From positions 480,001 to 544,000 of the forward strand of contig CAVUVW010000014.1 in NCBI GenBank assembly GCA_963745035.1: a stretch of DNA of 64,000 nt, read 5' to 3'. The position numbers and the translations under genes were made by a program. The stretch comes from an uncultured delta proteobacterium. Its GTDB lineage: Bacteria; Desulfobacterota; Binatia; UBA9968. Of this stretch, positions 44,773 through 55,691 are shown one piece after another. Positions within the stretch are counted from its first letter, which is position 1. Each line of letters opens with the position of its first letter. Under the pieces are notes generated by a model. It ran no database searches. It had not been told where the DNA came from and saw only the letters and a program-made list of their open reading frames with translations.

Positions 44773-46323
44773 ATGCTAGTCTTTTTGATCCACATTCGAG
44801 ATCCGCAATTCTACGCGCTTCCGACCGCGAAGCGGGCAAAGAACGGCAATATCCGTGTCATGGGTTTCCCGCCGATCGGGATAATGTCGCTCTCCGCGGT
44901 ACTCAAACGCGCCGGGCATGATTGCATAATGTTCGACCAGGCCAACCCCGAAACGCCCAATGAAGCGATCATCGAGCGCATACGGCGCGACAAACCTGAT
45001 TTGGTCGGATTGAGCTTTTTGAGCACGACAAGTTATCCCTACGCAAAGATCCTTGCGCGAAAAATCCGAGCCGTGGACAGCCGCGTGCGCCTGGCATTCG
45101 GGGGGGTCTTTGCCACATTGAACGCGGAGCAAGTGAAGCTGCAGTGCCCCGAAGTCGATTTCGTATGCCGTGGCGACGGTGAACAACTGATTCTCGATCT
45201 GCTTGACCGCTTGGATGATCCTGCGGACGTGCCCGGTGTGACCTGGGCCAAAGACGGTCGACCAATTCATAACCCCAATCGAGAGCTGGATCGCAGGCTC
45301 GATCAGTGGCCGTTTCCAGATCGCGAGAGTCTGGCTTTGGACTTTGTCGAATCCATGCCCCTCGACGTCCCTGCCGTGCTGTCGATGGAGCGCTTCACCA
45401 CGATGCAGACCTCCCGCGGCTGTCCCTGGCCGTGCGTATTTTGCGACATTCCGATCTTCAACGAAGGGAAATGGCGCTCCCGAAGCGCGCAGCACGTGGT
45501 CGACGAGTTCAAGCACCTGCAGTCGCTCGGTTATGGCTCGGTCTATTTTGTGGACGATCATTTTTTGCTCCAGCCCAAACGAATCGAAGCAATCTGCAAA
45601 GGCATCAGGGACAACGGCATCTCGATTCAATGGGGTTGCGAAGGCCGGGTTGATTCAACGGCGCAGCATCTATTTCCGGCAATGGCCCAAGCGCACTGCC
45701 GCACCGTGATGTTCGGCGTGGAAAGCGGCAGTCAAAAAGTGCTCGACCGCTTGAAGAAGGATCAAACCCTGGAACAGGTGGAGGGCGCGGTCAATAAAGC
45801 CAAACAAGCAGGCATCGAGATCGTGCACGGGTTCTTTGTGGTCGGCAGTCCCGACGAGACAGTCGAGGACATGCGCGCGACATTCGACTTTGCCGCGAAG
45901 CTACGACTCGATACCTTCGGATTCAACCGGCTGTGTGTTTACCGCGGCACCCCGCTATGGAAAGAGTACGTTGCCCGTGGTTTGGTTGATGATGCCACGG
46001 ATTGGTACAAGTATTTTAAGTGCTCCGAGATCGATCCTACGTGCCTGCCGGGGGGAGTGATCAATACAGAACGGATTGCCGGCTTACGCCGGCTATTCCG
46101 CTACAAAGTGACTCACCACACTCTGCAAACCTTTCGGCTCTTGCGACGCTTCTTGCGTTATATGCCGCTGCGGGACGTCGTCCATCTGATTATCAAACCG
46201 TTTCTCGGCCAGAAGCAGGGAGCGACGCGCAACGAGGTGCTTACGCGCGCCGTCGAACATGGCGCTTTCAAGGATGCCGCTGCGGAAATGACAACCATCC
46301 CTGACGATCGCTTGAAGGTTTGA
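44773..46323 (+). CDS. B12-binding radical SAM protein
   Basis: N-terminal PPIGIMSLSA...GGVFAT...GDGE cobalamin domain; RGCPWPCVFC; GVESG. Confidence 0.88.
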   Translation: MLVFLIHIRDPQFYALPTAKRAKNGNIRVMGFPPIGIMSLSAVLKRAGHDCIMFDQANPETPNEAIIERIRRDKPDLVGLSFLSTTSYPYAKILARKIRAVDSRVRLAFGGVFATLNAEQVKLQCPEVDFVCRGDGEQLILDLLDRLDDPADVPGVTWAKDGRPIHNPNRELDRRLDQWPFPDRESLALDFVESMPLDVPAVLSMERFTTMQTSRGCPWPCVFCDIPIFNEGKWRSRSAQHVVDEFKHLQSLGYGSVYFVDDHFLLQPKRIEAICKGIRDNGISIQWGCEGRVDSTAQHLFPAMAQAHCRTVMFGVESGSQKVLDRLKKDQTLEQVEGAVNKAKQAGIEIVHGFFVVGSPDETVEDMRATFDFAAKLRLDTFGFNRLCVYRGTPLWKEYVARGLVDDATDWYKYFKCSEIDPTCLPGGVINTERIAGLRRLFRYKVTHHTLQTFRLLRRFLRYMPLRDVVHLIIKPFLGQKQGATRNEVLTRAVEHGAFKDAAAEMTTIPDDRLKV

Positions 46324-46441
46324 GTCATTTGCCGTTCAAAGTGGCCGCTGATGCGTTGTAATTTCAAGCCTCTTCGTTTGACTACCGTGTCTCGATAAGC
46401 CTTCCAGACTTGATCACTGAGACATTTCGGTTTCTTTGTTT

Positions 46442-46471
46442 GCCGGCGATCGTCGATCGAAGATCGCCGGC
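46442..46471. repeat. Short heptamer hairpin
   Basis: gccggcgatc-gtcgatcgaa-gatcgccggc. Confidence 0.45.
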
Positions 46472-46565
46472 CTGTAATCATCGATTCGTACTGTTGCCAT
46501 AAGCTGGGCTCTGAGATTATGATCGGCTACTTCCGGCACAAATCCTTGTCGCAAGTCATCTAACA

Positions 46566-48641
46566 ATGGGAAGAGGGACAAAATTGATCGAGTCGCCGCT
46601 GGTTCCACGGTACCAAGAAGGCATATTGATTAGAGGGAATATTCCCGTAGCGCTTCGTCATGCGTTCGCCGTGCTGTTGGTCTGTACCGGCTACTATGCC
46701 GGAACCTTAATTGCCCAATCGCTTAGATTCCCGAACTCTCATCTATCGCTCCTGTGGCCGCCTACGGCAATCGTCTTGGCAGCATTGCTGCTCGCGCCGC
46801 CACGACTCTGGTGGATTTATCTCGTCGCCGTTTCCCCCGTGCATATTTTCGTGCAACTGCAGGACGGTGTGCCGGAGTTGGGGATATTGAGCCAGCTGAT
46901 CGGCAACTTCGGTCAGGCGGTCGTTGCCGCGCTGGGTGTGCGCTATTTCGTCGGAGACCAACGACAGCTCGACAGTTTTCGCGCCGTCGTAATCTTTACG
47001 CTATGTGCAGCTCTTCTCGCTCCTTTTCTCGTGTCGGCAATCGCCGTATATCTCTACGTGCTGAGCGGGTGGGAGCATGACTATTGGTACGCGTGGCGTG
47101 CACGGGTCTTGTCCAATTCCCTTTCGACGCTGACGATCGTGCCACCTATACTGACGGCGTTCGGTGCCGTAGCTGCGCAGATGGAAAGCCCTCCACCGCG
47201 GCGCTATCTGGAATTGGTTCTCCTTATGACCGGGCTGGTTGTCGTGGGATTTTTGGCCGGTAGGCAAGCGGCTCCCACATTGATTTACGCACCGCTTCCG
47301 TTCCTTCTGTGGGCAGCCGTGCGATTCGAGATCGGCACCTTGTGTCTCGCCCTGTTGCTTGCCGCCTATATCGTTTTTGTGAATACCTCGGGCGGTCATG
47401 GGCCCTTCGCGATGCAGTCAGCTGCCGAGAATGCCTTGTCAGTGCAGCTGTTCCTCATTACGATTTCCGTCCCGTTGATCTACCTGGCGGCGCTGACCAG
47501 CGAACGACGTGAAAAAGAGCAGGCGCTAGGCCGGAGCGAGGCTCGCTACCGGGCGTTGGTGATGACGAGCGCGGAAGTGGTTTGGCGCGCGAACGCACGG
47601 GGAGAGGTTTTCTTTGTTACCCCGAGTTGGCAACAACTCACAGGGCAGAGCGACGAAGAAATGCGCAAATTCGGTTGGCTTCAAGCCCTTCATCCCGACG
47701 ACCGAGAGTCGAACGCGCGTTTGTGGCAGCAAGCGATGAAGAAAAAACGCGTGTTCGAGAATGAGTTTAGGGTCCGCACTCATAGCGGGAGTTACCGGCA
47801 TTTTCACGTTCAAGCGGTGCCGATTGTGGCGCCGGACGGCACTGTGCAAGAGTGGGTGGGAGCGAACACCGATATCACCGACAGAAAGGAAGCTGCATTA
47901 GCGGCTCAGCGGCACCGCGACGAACTTGCCCATGTGTCGCGCATCTCGACGATGGGAGAACTGGCGGCATCCCTGGCGCATGAGCTAAACCAGCCGTTAA
48001 CGGCCATCCTCAGTAACGCCCAGGCTGCCCAGCGCTTGTTAGCGATCGCTCCATCCGATCTCGAAGAGGTGCGTGAGATTCTGAAGGATATCGTCTATGA
48101 CGACAATCGCGCCGGCGAGGTCATCCATCGGCTGCGTGCCCTGGTGAGAAAAGAACATCTCGAGTTTGCGCCGCTCGTTCTCGCCAATGTGGTCAACGAC
48201 GTCGTGCTGCTGCTCCGCAGCGATGCCATTCTGCACAACGTTCGCATCTTGGTCGAAATCAACGCCGATCTAGCGCTCGTGCGCGGCGACCGGATCCAGT
48301 TGCAGCAAGTGGTTCTGAATCTGCTGTTGAACGCCTTTGACGCCATGAAGGACAATCCAGTGCACGAACGCGAGGTTGTCGTGCGTGGGGGATTGGACGG
48401 GACGAACTCGGTAAAAGTCGCGGTCCAAGATCGGGGGATCGGTCTGGATAACGAAAAGCAAAAGGCCGACAAAATATTTGAGCCTTTTTATACGACCAAG
48501 AAAGACGGATTGGGAATGGGGCTTTCCATCAGCCGCTCTATCATCGAGGCTCACGGAGGGCAGTTGTGGGCGGAGAACAATCCACAGCGCGGCGCAACGT
48601 TATATTTTACGGTGCCGATAGCGAAGTCAGAAGCGCTATGA
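46566..48641 (+). CDS. MASE1-PAS sensor histidine kinase
   Basis: LLWPPTAIVLAALL, FLLWAAVRF (MASE1); one PAS; LAHELNQPL; start uncertain. Confidence 0.88.
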   Translation: MGRGTKLIESPLVPRYQEGILIRGNIPVALRHAFAVLLVCTGYYAGTLIAQSLRFPNSHLSLLWPPTAIVLAALLLAPPRLWWIYLVAVSPVHIFVQLQDGVPELGILSQLIGNFGQAVVAALGVRYFVGDQRQLDSFRAVVIFTLCAALLAPFLVSAIAVYLYVLSGWEHDYWYAWRARVLSNSLSTLTIVPPILTAFGAVAAQMESPPPRRYLELVLLMTGLVVVGFLAGRQAAPTLIYAPLPFLLWAAVRFEIGTLCLALLLAAYIVFVNTSGGHGPFAMQSAAENALSVQLFLITISVPLIYLAALTSERREKEQALGRSEARYRALVMTSAEVVWRANARGEVFFVTPSWQQLTGQSDEEMRKFGWLQALHPDDRESNARLWQQAMKKKRVFENEFRVRTHSGSYRHFHVQAVPIVAPDGTVQEWVGANTDITDRKEAALAAQRHRDELAHVSRISTMGELAASLAHELNQPLTAILSNAQAAQRLLAIAPSDLEEVREILKDIVYDDNRAGEVIHRLRALVRKEHLEFAPLVLANVVNDVVLLLRSDAILHNVRILVEINADLALVRGDRIQLQQVVLNLLLNAFDAMKDNPVHEREVVVRGGLDGTNSVKVAVQDRGIGLDNEKQKADKIFEPFYTTKKDGLGMGLSISRSIIEAHGGQLWAENNPQRGATLYFTVPIAKSEAL

Positions 48642-48995
48642 GTTGAATGCTCTAACCAAAAAGCACTGGAACAAGAAACCGGAAGCCGGTGGACAACTTT
48701 CTTTGTATCCCCGGCGGGATGTCAGTTACTCTCAGTAATTCCTGACGCTCGGCGGCACCGGACGCAGATCGCATTACATATCTATCTCTATCGTAAAGAT
48801 CGCTTTGGCCACCTCTGCATTGGACTAATCCCATGCGATTATTTCGATCCCGTGCGACGGGTCGCGCTTCTCTTGACCTGGTAAGAATCCATCGGTTTCA
48901 CAGAAAACACCCGCCTCTCTCGGTGACTTATTCCTTGAGTCAAGCGTGGGTGACCTCAAGGTAGCCGATCGAGCTGGTCGGCCATGTTTCCCCAG

Positions 48996-49011
48996 TTGGA
49001 CCAAAGTCCAA
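48996..49011. promoter_or_regulatory. Palindromic regulator site (copy 3)
   Basis: ttggaccaaagtccaa, 23 nt before TAAAAA (TGn-extended). Confidence 0.75.
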
Positions 49012-49101
49012 TACACAGCGTATCGGCTCTTTGATAAAAACCGCGGCTAGCGGGGTGATTACGAAAACGACCATCGTAAATTTTTGCAGGAGGAGTTGCG
49101 T

Positions 49102-49194
49102 ATGAAACCACTAATTCTCGCGGTCATCGTTATGATGCTTTCAAGCTCTACTGTCGCGCAAGGAAACAATTCTACAGACAGGCCCGCTTTATAG
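49102..49194 (+). CDS. 30-aa signal-peptide-like ORF (small protein or truncated gene)
   Basis: AGGAGGAG SD; MKPLILAVIVMMLSSSTVAQGNNSTDRPAL*. Confidence 0.45.
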   Translation: MKPLILAVIVMMLSSSTVAQGNNSTDRPAL

Positions 49195-49203
49195 AGGTAA
49201 CCC

Positions 49204-50466
49204 ATGACAATAGGAACTCGATCAGTGCTTCTCTCTAACCTTTTGCGCTATTCGGCATGTGTCCGTCGTACGATTTCACTGAAGGCCGTTTCAGCTCTCG
49301 CCGCGGGGCTCGTGCTGACCGGTTGTGGGACTGCCATACAGCGCTCGGACGTTGAGCGGCAGAATCTCCTGAAACTGCGCAGCGCGAGCGACGAACAGTC
49401 CATCGTGGTTGCCCGGAGACTGTTCGCTCGATTGCTGCAACGCACCAAGGCCGAGTACGACCGGCGCGCCGCAGCAGGGCAGCCGCCGCCGGTGATCGAT
49501 ATTCTGATTGTCTCGGGCGGAGGTGACTGGGGGGCGTTCGGAGCGGGATTTCTCAAGGGGTGGCAGAAGGTGCCGGCCCAACACCCGCTGGCGAAGCCTG
49601 AGTTCGACGCTGTAACCGGAGTAAGCACTGGCGCGTTGATCGCACCATTCGCTTTCCTGGGCGACGAGCAGTCGATCGATCAGATCGTCAACCTCTATCG
49701 CAACCCGGAGCCGGACTGGGTGAAGAACCGCGGGTTTCTTTATTTTTTGCCCGACAATATTTCTTTCGCCGAAGTGCCGGGGCTCGAGCGCGAGATGCGC
49801 AAACACATCACCTTGGACATGGCGCGTCGTCTCACGAAGGCGGGAAGCGACGGTCGACTGCTGGCGGTCAACACGACCAACCTTGACGATGCCTCGTCGC
49901 GGGTATTCGACCTGGTGGCGGAAGCCCAGCGCGCCTCTGACTCCGGCCAGCTTGACCGCATTCACAATGTCATGCTCGCATCCGCGGGAATTCCGGGTGC
50001 TTTCCCGTTCCGTATGATCGACGACGAGCTCTACGTCGACGGCGGCGTTACCGGAAACATCATCTATGGCGGGCGTGTAACGGAAGAGGATAGCTTGCCG
50101 GCCGCGTGGCAGAAGACCTATCCGAACCTGCCCATCCCGAAGATACGCTATTGGGTAATTTTCAACAATCAGTTCCGCCCAGTACCGGAGGTGGTGGCAC
50201 CGAAATGGCCGGCGGTCATTCAACGAAGCCTTGAAACGTCCACACGCGCGGCGACGGCGACCGCGGTGCGGCATCTTTACGCTATGGCCGAGATCTCGCG
50301 GCTCAGGCGCAAGGCCGAAGTGGAAGTGCGTATCGTTTCGATCCCTGGCGATTGGTTACCTCCGATACCCGGGATTTTTATCAAAGAGAGTATGAACAAT
50401 CTCGCGGACCTCGGCGAGAAGATGGGCGCCGATCCATCCAGCTGGAGCACGGAGCCGCCGCAGTAG
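49204..50466 (+). CDS. Patatin-like phospholipase lipoprotein
   Basis: Lipobox LTGC; SGGGDWGAFG, GVSTG, DGG. Confidence 0.88.
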   Translation: MTIGTRSVLLSNLLRYSACVRRTISLKAVSALAAGLVLTGCGTAIQRSDVERQNLLKLRSASDEQSIVVARRLFARLLQRTKAEYDRRAAAGQPPPVIDILIVSGGGDWGAFGAGFLKGWQKVPAQHPLAKPEFDAVTGVSTGALIAPFAFLGDEQSIDQIVNLYRNPEPDWVKNRGFLYFLPDNISFAEVPGLEREMRKHITLDMARRLTKAGSDGRLLAVNTTNLDDASSRVFDLVAEAQRASDSGQLDRIHNVMLASAGIPGAFPFRMIDDELYVDGGVTGNIIYGGRVTEEDSLPAAWQKTYPNLPIPKIRYWVIFNNQFRPVPEVVAPKWPAVIQRSLETSTRAATATAVRHLYAMAEISRLRRKAEVEVRIVSIPGDWLPPIPGIFIKESMNNLADLGEKMGADPSSWSTEPPQ

Positions 50467-50790
50467 TGAGTCCGCGGTGATTGTAGGGGACAGTAGAAAC
50501 ACCGATATACGTTCACATGCTCTATATTTACATGAACCGGCCATCGCCTGCGGCGATGAGTCCCGCCCTGCGCGAATTCCTCCGGTTTGTTTGTTCTAGA
50601 CAGGCGCAGGAGATCGCGGCGCGGGACGGAAATTTTCCTCTTGACGCACCGCTCGCAGCGCAGGAATGCGCGATCGGCGAATGAACCAGTGTTCGACGCG
50701 GCCGTGTCACTCGCCGAGCTCGCACCTATGGTGATTGACGGCGCGTGGCTCATTTAGATTGCCTAAGATGCGAAGCTTAGAGGAGATAAG

Positions 50791-52291
50791 ATGACGCGCA
50801 AATCGCTCTTCCATAGAAGATTTGTTAGCTGCTCTCTGTTCACCGTTCTGTACTTCAGCGGCTTATCGACTCTGCCGGCGCAAGCCGGCGAAGCCACGAA
50901 ATCCGCTCCGACGAAGACGCGCGCGCTTCCGACCGATACGAAGGCATGGAAGGGCGACTTCGACGGCATGGTCAAGAGCCGCCACATCCGGATGGCGGTG
51001 CCGTACAGCCGTACTCTCTATTTCAACGACAAGGGACGCGAGCGCGGCATTTCCGCCGACAATGCGCGCGACTTCGAAGGCTACATCAACAAAAAATACC
51101 GCAAACAGATCGGCAACCGACCGATCACGGTTTATCTTGGTGCCGACCACCCGCGACCTGATGCTGCAAAAAGTCGCCGCTGGGCTCGCAGACATTGCCA
51201 TCGGCAACATCACGGCTACCGAAGGGCGCAAGAAGCTAGTCGATTTCGTGGCACCGGCGGATCAGAAGCGGGTCTCAGAAGTAATCGTGACAAGCTCGGA
51301 TGCGCCGCCTCTGGGCAGTGCGGAAGAGCTGTCCGGCAAGACGGTTCACGTCCGCAAGGCGTCGAGCTACTACGAGAGCTTGAACGCGCTCAATAGCCTG
51401 TTAAAGAAAGCAGGCAAGCCGCCGGTCAACCTCATTCTCGTTCCTGACGCCCTTGAGGACGAAGACATGATGGAAATGCTGGGCGTGGGTCTGCTCCGGG
51501 CCATTGTCGTCGATGATTGGAAGGCCGACATATGGGGTAAGCTCTTGCCGAAAATCAGAGTCAATAGCGGAGCTGTGGTGAATTCAGGCGGCCTAATCGG
51601 TTGGGGCATCCGCAAGGGCAGCCCAAAGCTCGCCGCCGAGATCAATGACTTCTACGTGAATTTCATGAAGAAGCACGGCACGGTCAATTCGCGCAAGCAG
51701 GAGTACTTCAAAAAGATCAAACAGATTACCAACTCGACCGATTCCGCCGAAGCAAAACGATTCCGCGAAATGCATCAGGTATTCGAGAAGTATGGCACGA
51801 AGTACGGTTTCGATCCGCTGATGCTCGCGGCCCAAGGCTATCAGGAGTCGCAGCTCAATCAGCATGCCAAAAGCCGGGTAGGCGCCATCGGCGTCATGCA
51901 GGTGATGCCGGCCACCGGCGCCGAGATGAAAGTCGGCGACATTAAAGTCACCGAGGCGAATATCCATGCGGGAGCGAAATACATGGATCATTTGATGACC
52001 CGGTATTTTCGCGACGCGAATTTTCATGAGGCGAATCGATCTCTCTTCGCTTTCGCGGCGTACAACGCCGGACCGGGGCGGATCGCCGGCATGCGCAAGG
52101 AAGCGGCCAAGCGCGGCCTGGACCCGGACAAGTGGTTCAATAACGTCGAGATCGTCACCGCGGAGAAGGTCGGCATCGAAACCACCACTTACGTGCGCAA
52201 CATCTTCAAGTACTACACGGCTTACAAGTTGATGCTTGATCTCGAGGAAACCCAGAAAAAGGCACGCGAGTCGGTCAAGAAAGGGAGCTAG
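50791..52291 (+). CDS. MltF-like protein (SBP domain + SLT domain), frameshift ~51140
   Basis: WKGDFDGM...YSRTLYF; AQGYQES, GAIGVMQV, AYNAGPG, ETTTYVRNI. Confidence 0.85.
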
Positions 52292-52402
52292 ATTATTTCG
52301 AGTGAATTGTCCCGTTTTTGTCCGCGATAGCTATTGACCATACGCCCAAAGAGGCTTTGATTAGCAGTGTAGTTTGGGCTTTTTGAATCGGAGTGTGGAG
52401 AA

Positions 52403-52430
52403 AGATGCCTCGCATCCGCTCGGAATGACA
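52403..52430. repeat. REP-like half element (family of 8238/11068)
   Basis: agatgcctcgcatccgctcggaatgaca. Confidence 0.5.
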
Positions 52431-52604
52431 ACGAAGCAGCTTGTATCGTCGAAGCTTTACTCCGACTAAGAATTGTCGGAATAAAGAATCAGAGTTTCCC
52501 TGATACCGCTCCTAGGTTGTCTCGCGTAGTTTTTTTCGTAAAAAGCGATATAAGTGCGGCACGAAAACCCGGCGTCCTAGGTTAAAAAAACAAGGAAGTA
52601 GCTT

Positions 52605-53609
52605 ATGCACGAAGCCACCGGCGTGAAGGCCGTATCGGAAGCATGCAAAGAGCCTCGAACTCCTCCCTTCCCAGGCATGGTCTGGATCCCGGGCGGCACC
52701 TTTCTCATGGGATCTGACAAGCACTATCCCGAAGAAGCGCCCGCGCACGAAGTGACCGTCGATGGCTTTTGGATGGATGCGCACACGGTGACCAACGAAG
52801 AATTTCGCAAGTTCGTCGAAGCCACCAAGCACGTAACATCCGCCGAGCGACCGCCGAATCCCGACGATTATCCCGGAGCGAAACCGGAACTCCTCGTGCC
52901 AGCTTCGGTCGTCTTTCAAAAACCGAAACAACGAGTCGATCTGCGCGACTGCTATCAATGGTGGACCTATGTTCCCGGCGCCAACTGGCGTCATCCCGAA
53001 GGACCGGCCAGTTCGCTAAAGGGCAAAGCGAAACATCCGGTGGTGCAACTCGCCTACGAGGACGTGGAAGCCTACGCCAAATGGATCGGCAAGGAGCTAC
53101 CGACCGAAGCCGAATGGGAGTTCGCGGCGCGCGGCGGATTGGCCGGCGCTGAATTTGTTTGGGGCGGTGAATTCACTCCGGGCGGCAAATATATGGCGAA
53201 CAGTTGGCAGGGAGAGTTTCCCTGGCAGAATCTCAAGACCGACGGATTCGAAGGAATCGCGCCGGCGGGCAGTTTTCCGCCGAACGGCTACGGGCTCTAC
53301 GACATGGCCGGCAATGTTTGGGAATGGACCACGGACTGGTATCAGGAACACGGCAAGGTCACGCATTCCTGCTGCGGAGCCATCAATCCCCGGGGTCCGG
53401 AACGAGACCAGAGCTACGACCCCAACACGCCTGACATCAAGATCCCGCGCAAAGTGATGAAAGGCGGATCGTATCTTTGCGCGCCGAACTATTGCCGTCG
53501 CTATCGGCCGGCGGCGCGGATGGCGCAGCCGGTCGATACCTCGACCTGCCATCTCGGCTTTCGCTGCATCGTACGGAGGCCGGCACCGACGGAAGGGTCG
53601 CAAGGCTGA
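52605..53609 (+). CDS. Formylglycine-generating enzyme (sulfatase-modifying factor)
   Basis: LPTEAEWEFAARGG, NGYGLYDMAGNVWEW, GGSYLCAPNYCRRYR, GFRC. Confidence 0.92.
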   Translation: MHEATGVKAVSEACKEPRTPPFPGMVWIPGGTFLMGSDKHYPEEAPAHEVTVDGFWMDAHTVTNEEFRKFVEATKHVTSAERPPNPDDYPGAKPELLVPASVVFQKPKQRVDLRDCYQWWTYVPGANWRHPEGPASSLKGKAKHPVVQLAYEDVEAYAKWIGKELPTEAEWEFAARGGLAGAEFVWGGEFTPGGKYMANSWQGEFPWQNLKTDGFEGIAPAGSFPPNGYGLYDMAGNVWEWTTDWYQEHGKVTHSCCGAINPRGPERDQSYDPNTPDIKIPRKVMKGGSYLCAPNYCRRYRPAARMAQPVDTSTCHLGFRCIVRRPAPTEGSQG

Positions 53610-53756
53610 TATCGGTTGATCTCGCGTTTATCCAAAACATTTTATTCGTCGCCTGGTAACGCGGCTTTTTGTCGGGAAACGCAAAATTATAAAGAGCGTG
53701 AATCACTAACGTTGGGCCTATTTAGCAACCTCGAAACATAACGCTAAGGAGGGCGC

Positions 53757-53984
53757 ATGGCACAGCAAGAAACAAAGAAACCGAATATTTTGGTGATCTG
53801 GGGCGATGACATAGGGCAGTCGAATTTGAGTTGTTTCACCAAGGGCATGATGGGGTACCGCACGCCCAACATCGACCGAATCGCCAACGAGGGAATGGTC
53901 TTTACCGACTATTACGCCGAACAGAGTTGTACGGCCGGCCGCGCCGCTTTCATCAAGCCTTTCGGACAATGCGCCCGTCTGTGA
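53757..53984 (+). pseudogene. Arylsulfatase N-terminal fragment
   Basis: [13 protein letters not shown]...TPNIDRIA...CTAGRAAFI, then homology lost. Confidence 0.85.
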
Positions 53985-54155
53985 TGAGCCGGCCCGATTG
54001 CCAGGCAAAAGTCTCAGTAGAGTTCTCGGCTTCAAATTTTTCTTGCTTTGGTCGAACGTATCGTTAGACGGCGGCGCGGTACAGGCCAAGATTCATGATC
54101 GACAGCGTTCGGCCCGGTGCGCACAGAGGCAATTCATCCGAGTTCGGGAATTCCC

Positions 54156-55019
54156 ATGGGAGATGCACCCTTTTACGTCAAAGTCCTCATGTATGTTTTC
54201 GTCGTGGTCTACATGATTTCGGTCATGCTGGAGACCACGCGGGGCGAGCTCGTGACGATGCTTCAGGATCGGCGCAAAATGGGGCGAGGTCTGCTGGCAA
54301 ACCTGATCATCGTTCCCATCGTGGGCTTTATTCTCGTCCGACTGCTGAACCTGGCGCCCGACATCAGAATCGGCATCATGATGTTGGCAATCTCTCCAGG
54401 CGGGTTGTTAGCCTTGCAATTTGCCCGCATCTCCAAGGGCGATCGCGTTTTTGCAGTTGCGCTGGTGATCGTTCTCACGATCCTGGCGATCTTGATTATG
54501 CCCTTGTTGGCCGATTGGCTTTTTCCCAGGACGGAAGGCCGGCCGTTTATCCAGATCGTCCTGCTATTTTTGCTGCTGGTGGTGGCGCCGCTCTTGGTGG
54601 GGCGGGCTCTGCAAAAGCGATTTCCGGAAGTCGCGCCGAAACTGGGCCGCTGGTTGGGCTTACTCTCGATCCTGATTTTCATCGCGGCGGCGCTGCTGAG
54701 CGGCAGGTTCAAGACGCCCGCGATCAAGGCCCTGGATGCCAACGGGATCGCGGCGATCGTGGTGCTGACCGTGCTTTGTTGGGCCGTCGGCTGGATGCTG
54801 GGAGGCCCGGAGATCAGATACCGAAAAGTCCTCGCCATCAGTACGGCCATGCGCAATTTCGGAATCTGTGTTCCGGTCGCACTTCATTATTTTCCCGGCA
54901 CCGAAGTGATCGCGCCGATCATGGCCTTTAGCGGCATCTCGATTCCCATGAATATGGTTTTCGCGCTGATCACCGGCAAGATGCTGCGTGATCCGCCGGA
55001 CAGCACCGGATCAAGTTAA
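54156..55019 (+). CDS. Bile acid:sodium symporter (BASS) family transporter
   Basis: ANLIIVP, ISPGG, STAMRNFG; multi-TM. Confidence 0.8.
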   Translation: MGDAPFYVKVLMYVFVVVYMISVMLETTRGELVTMLQDRRKMGRGLLANLIIVPIVGFILVRLLNLAPDIRIGIMMLAISPGGLLALQFARISKGDRVFAVALVIVLTILAILIMPLLADWLFPRTEGRPFIQIVLLFLLLVVAPLLVGRALQKRFPEVAPKLGRWLGLLSILIFIAAALLSGRFKTPAIKALDANGIAAIVVLTVLCWAVGWMLGGPEIRYRKVLAISTAMRNFGICVPVALHYFPGTEVIAPIMAFSGISIPMNMVFALITGKMLRDPPDSTGSS

Positions 55020-55215
55020 GCAAGCACGAGCGGCTCGATCAATCTAAGGGATTCCGAAGCAGGAAATCAGGCGAACTAGGATGGAGAACTTGCCACGTTT
55101 TAAATTACGTTCTGTTCAGCAACACCCTTCTCCAGTTTGCCGGCTGGCAAAATTATATAGCAGCGGCGGTCCAATCGCGGCGCTATGCGCATACCGGCAG
55201 AGTTGAAGCGAAGCA

Positions 55216-55614
55216 ATGGAGCAAGCCGTTATCGAAAGACAAGTGAGCGCGCTCACCCAATGGGTGGAATATGCCGCGGTGGCCATCGAGCTGCTCGCCG
55301 TAGCAATCATCGTTGTGGTGATTCTCGTAGCTACGGTTCTGTATTTGTTGCGCATCGTGACCGCCCGGGCGGATGGGGACACTTACAAGCAATATCGGCA
55401 TGGCGTGGCGCGCGCGCTTTTGCTCGGGCTGGAAATACTGGTGGCCGCCGATGTGATCCGCACGGTGGCTCTGGCGCCGTCGCTGCAAAATGTGCTCGTG
55501 CTCGGGCTGTTGGTCTTGATCCGCACCTTCCTGGGCTGGTCGCTGGTGGTCGAGATCGAAGAGCGTTGGCCCTGGCAGCCCGCGCGGCGCAACGAACCTG
55601 GCGGCGTTAGCTGA
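55216..55614 (+). CDS. DUF1622 membrane protein
   Basis: LLLGLEILVAADVIRTV...IRTFLGWSL..EIE.RWPWQ. Confidence 0.88.
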   Translation: MEQAVIERQVSALTQWVEYAAVAIELLAVAIIVVVILVATVLYLLRIVTARADGDTYKQYRHGVARALLLGLEILVAADVIRTVALAPSLQNVLVLGLLVLIRTFLGWSLVVEIEERWPWQPARRNEPGGVS

Positions 55615-55691
55615 CTCATGCGAGCGGACAGAACATCCGCGAGCATTCGACGTTTGTCGGTGTCGTTTTCGAGATTGGCTGGGGGGGAACC

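Noticed and set aside
48821-48833. Fifth copy of the palindrome (ttggactaatccc)
   Set aside because: Only the left half matches.
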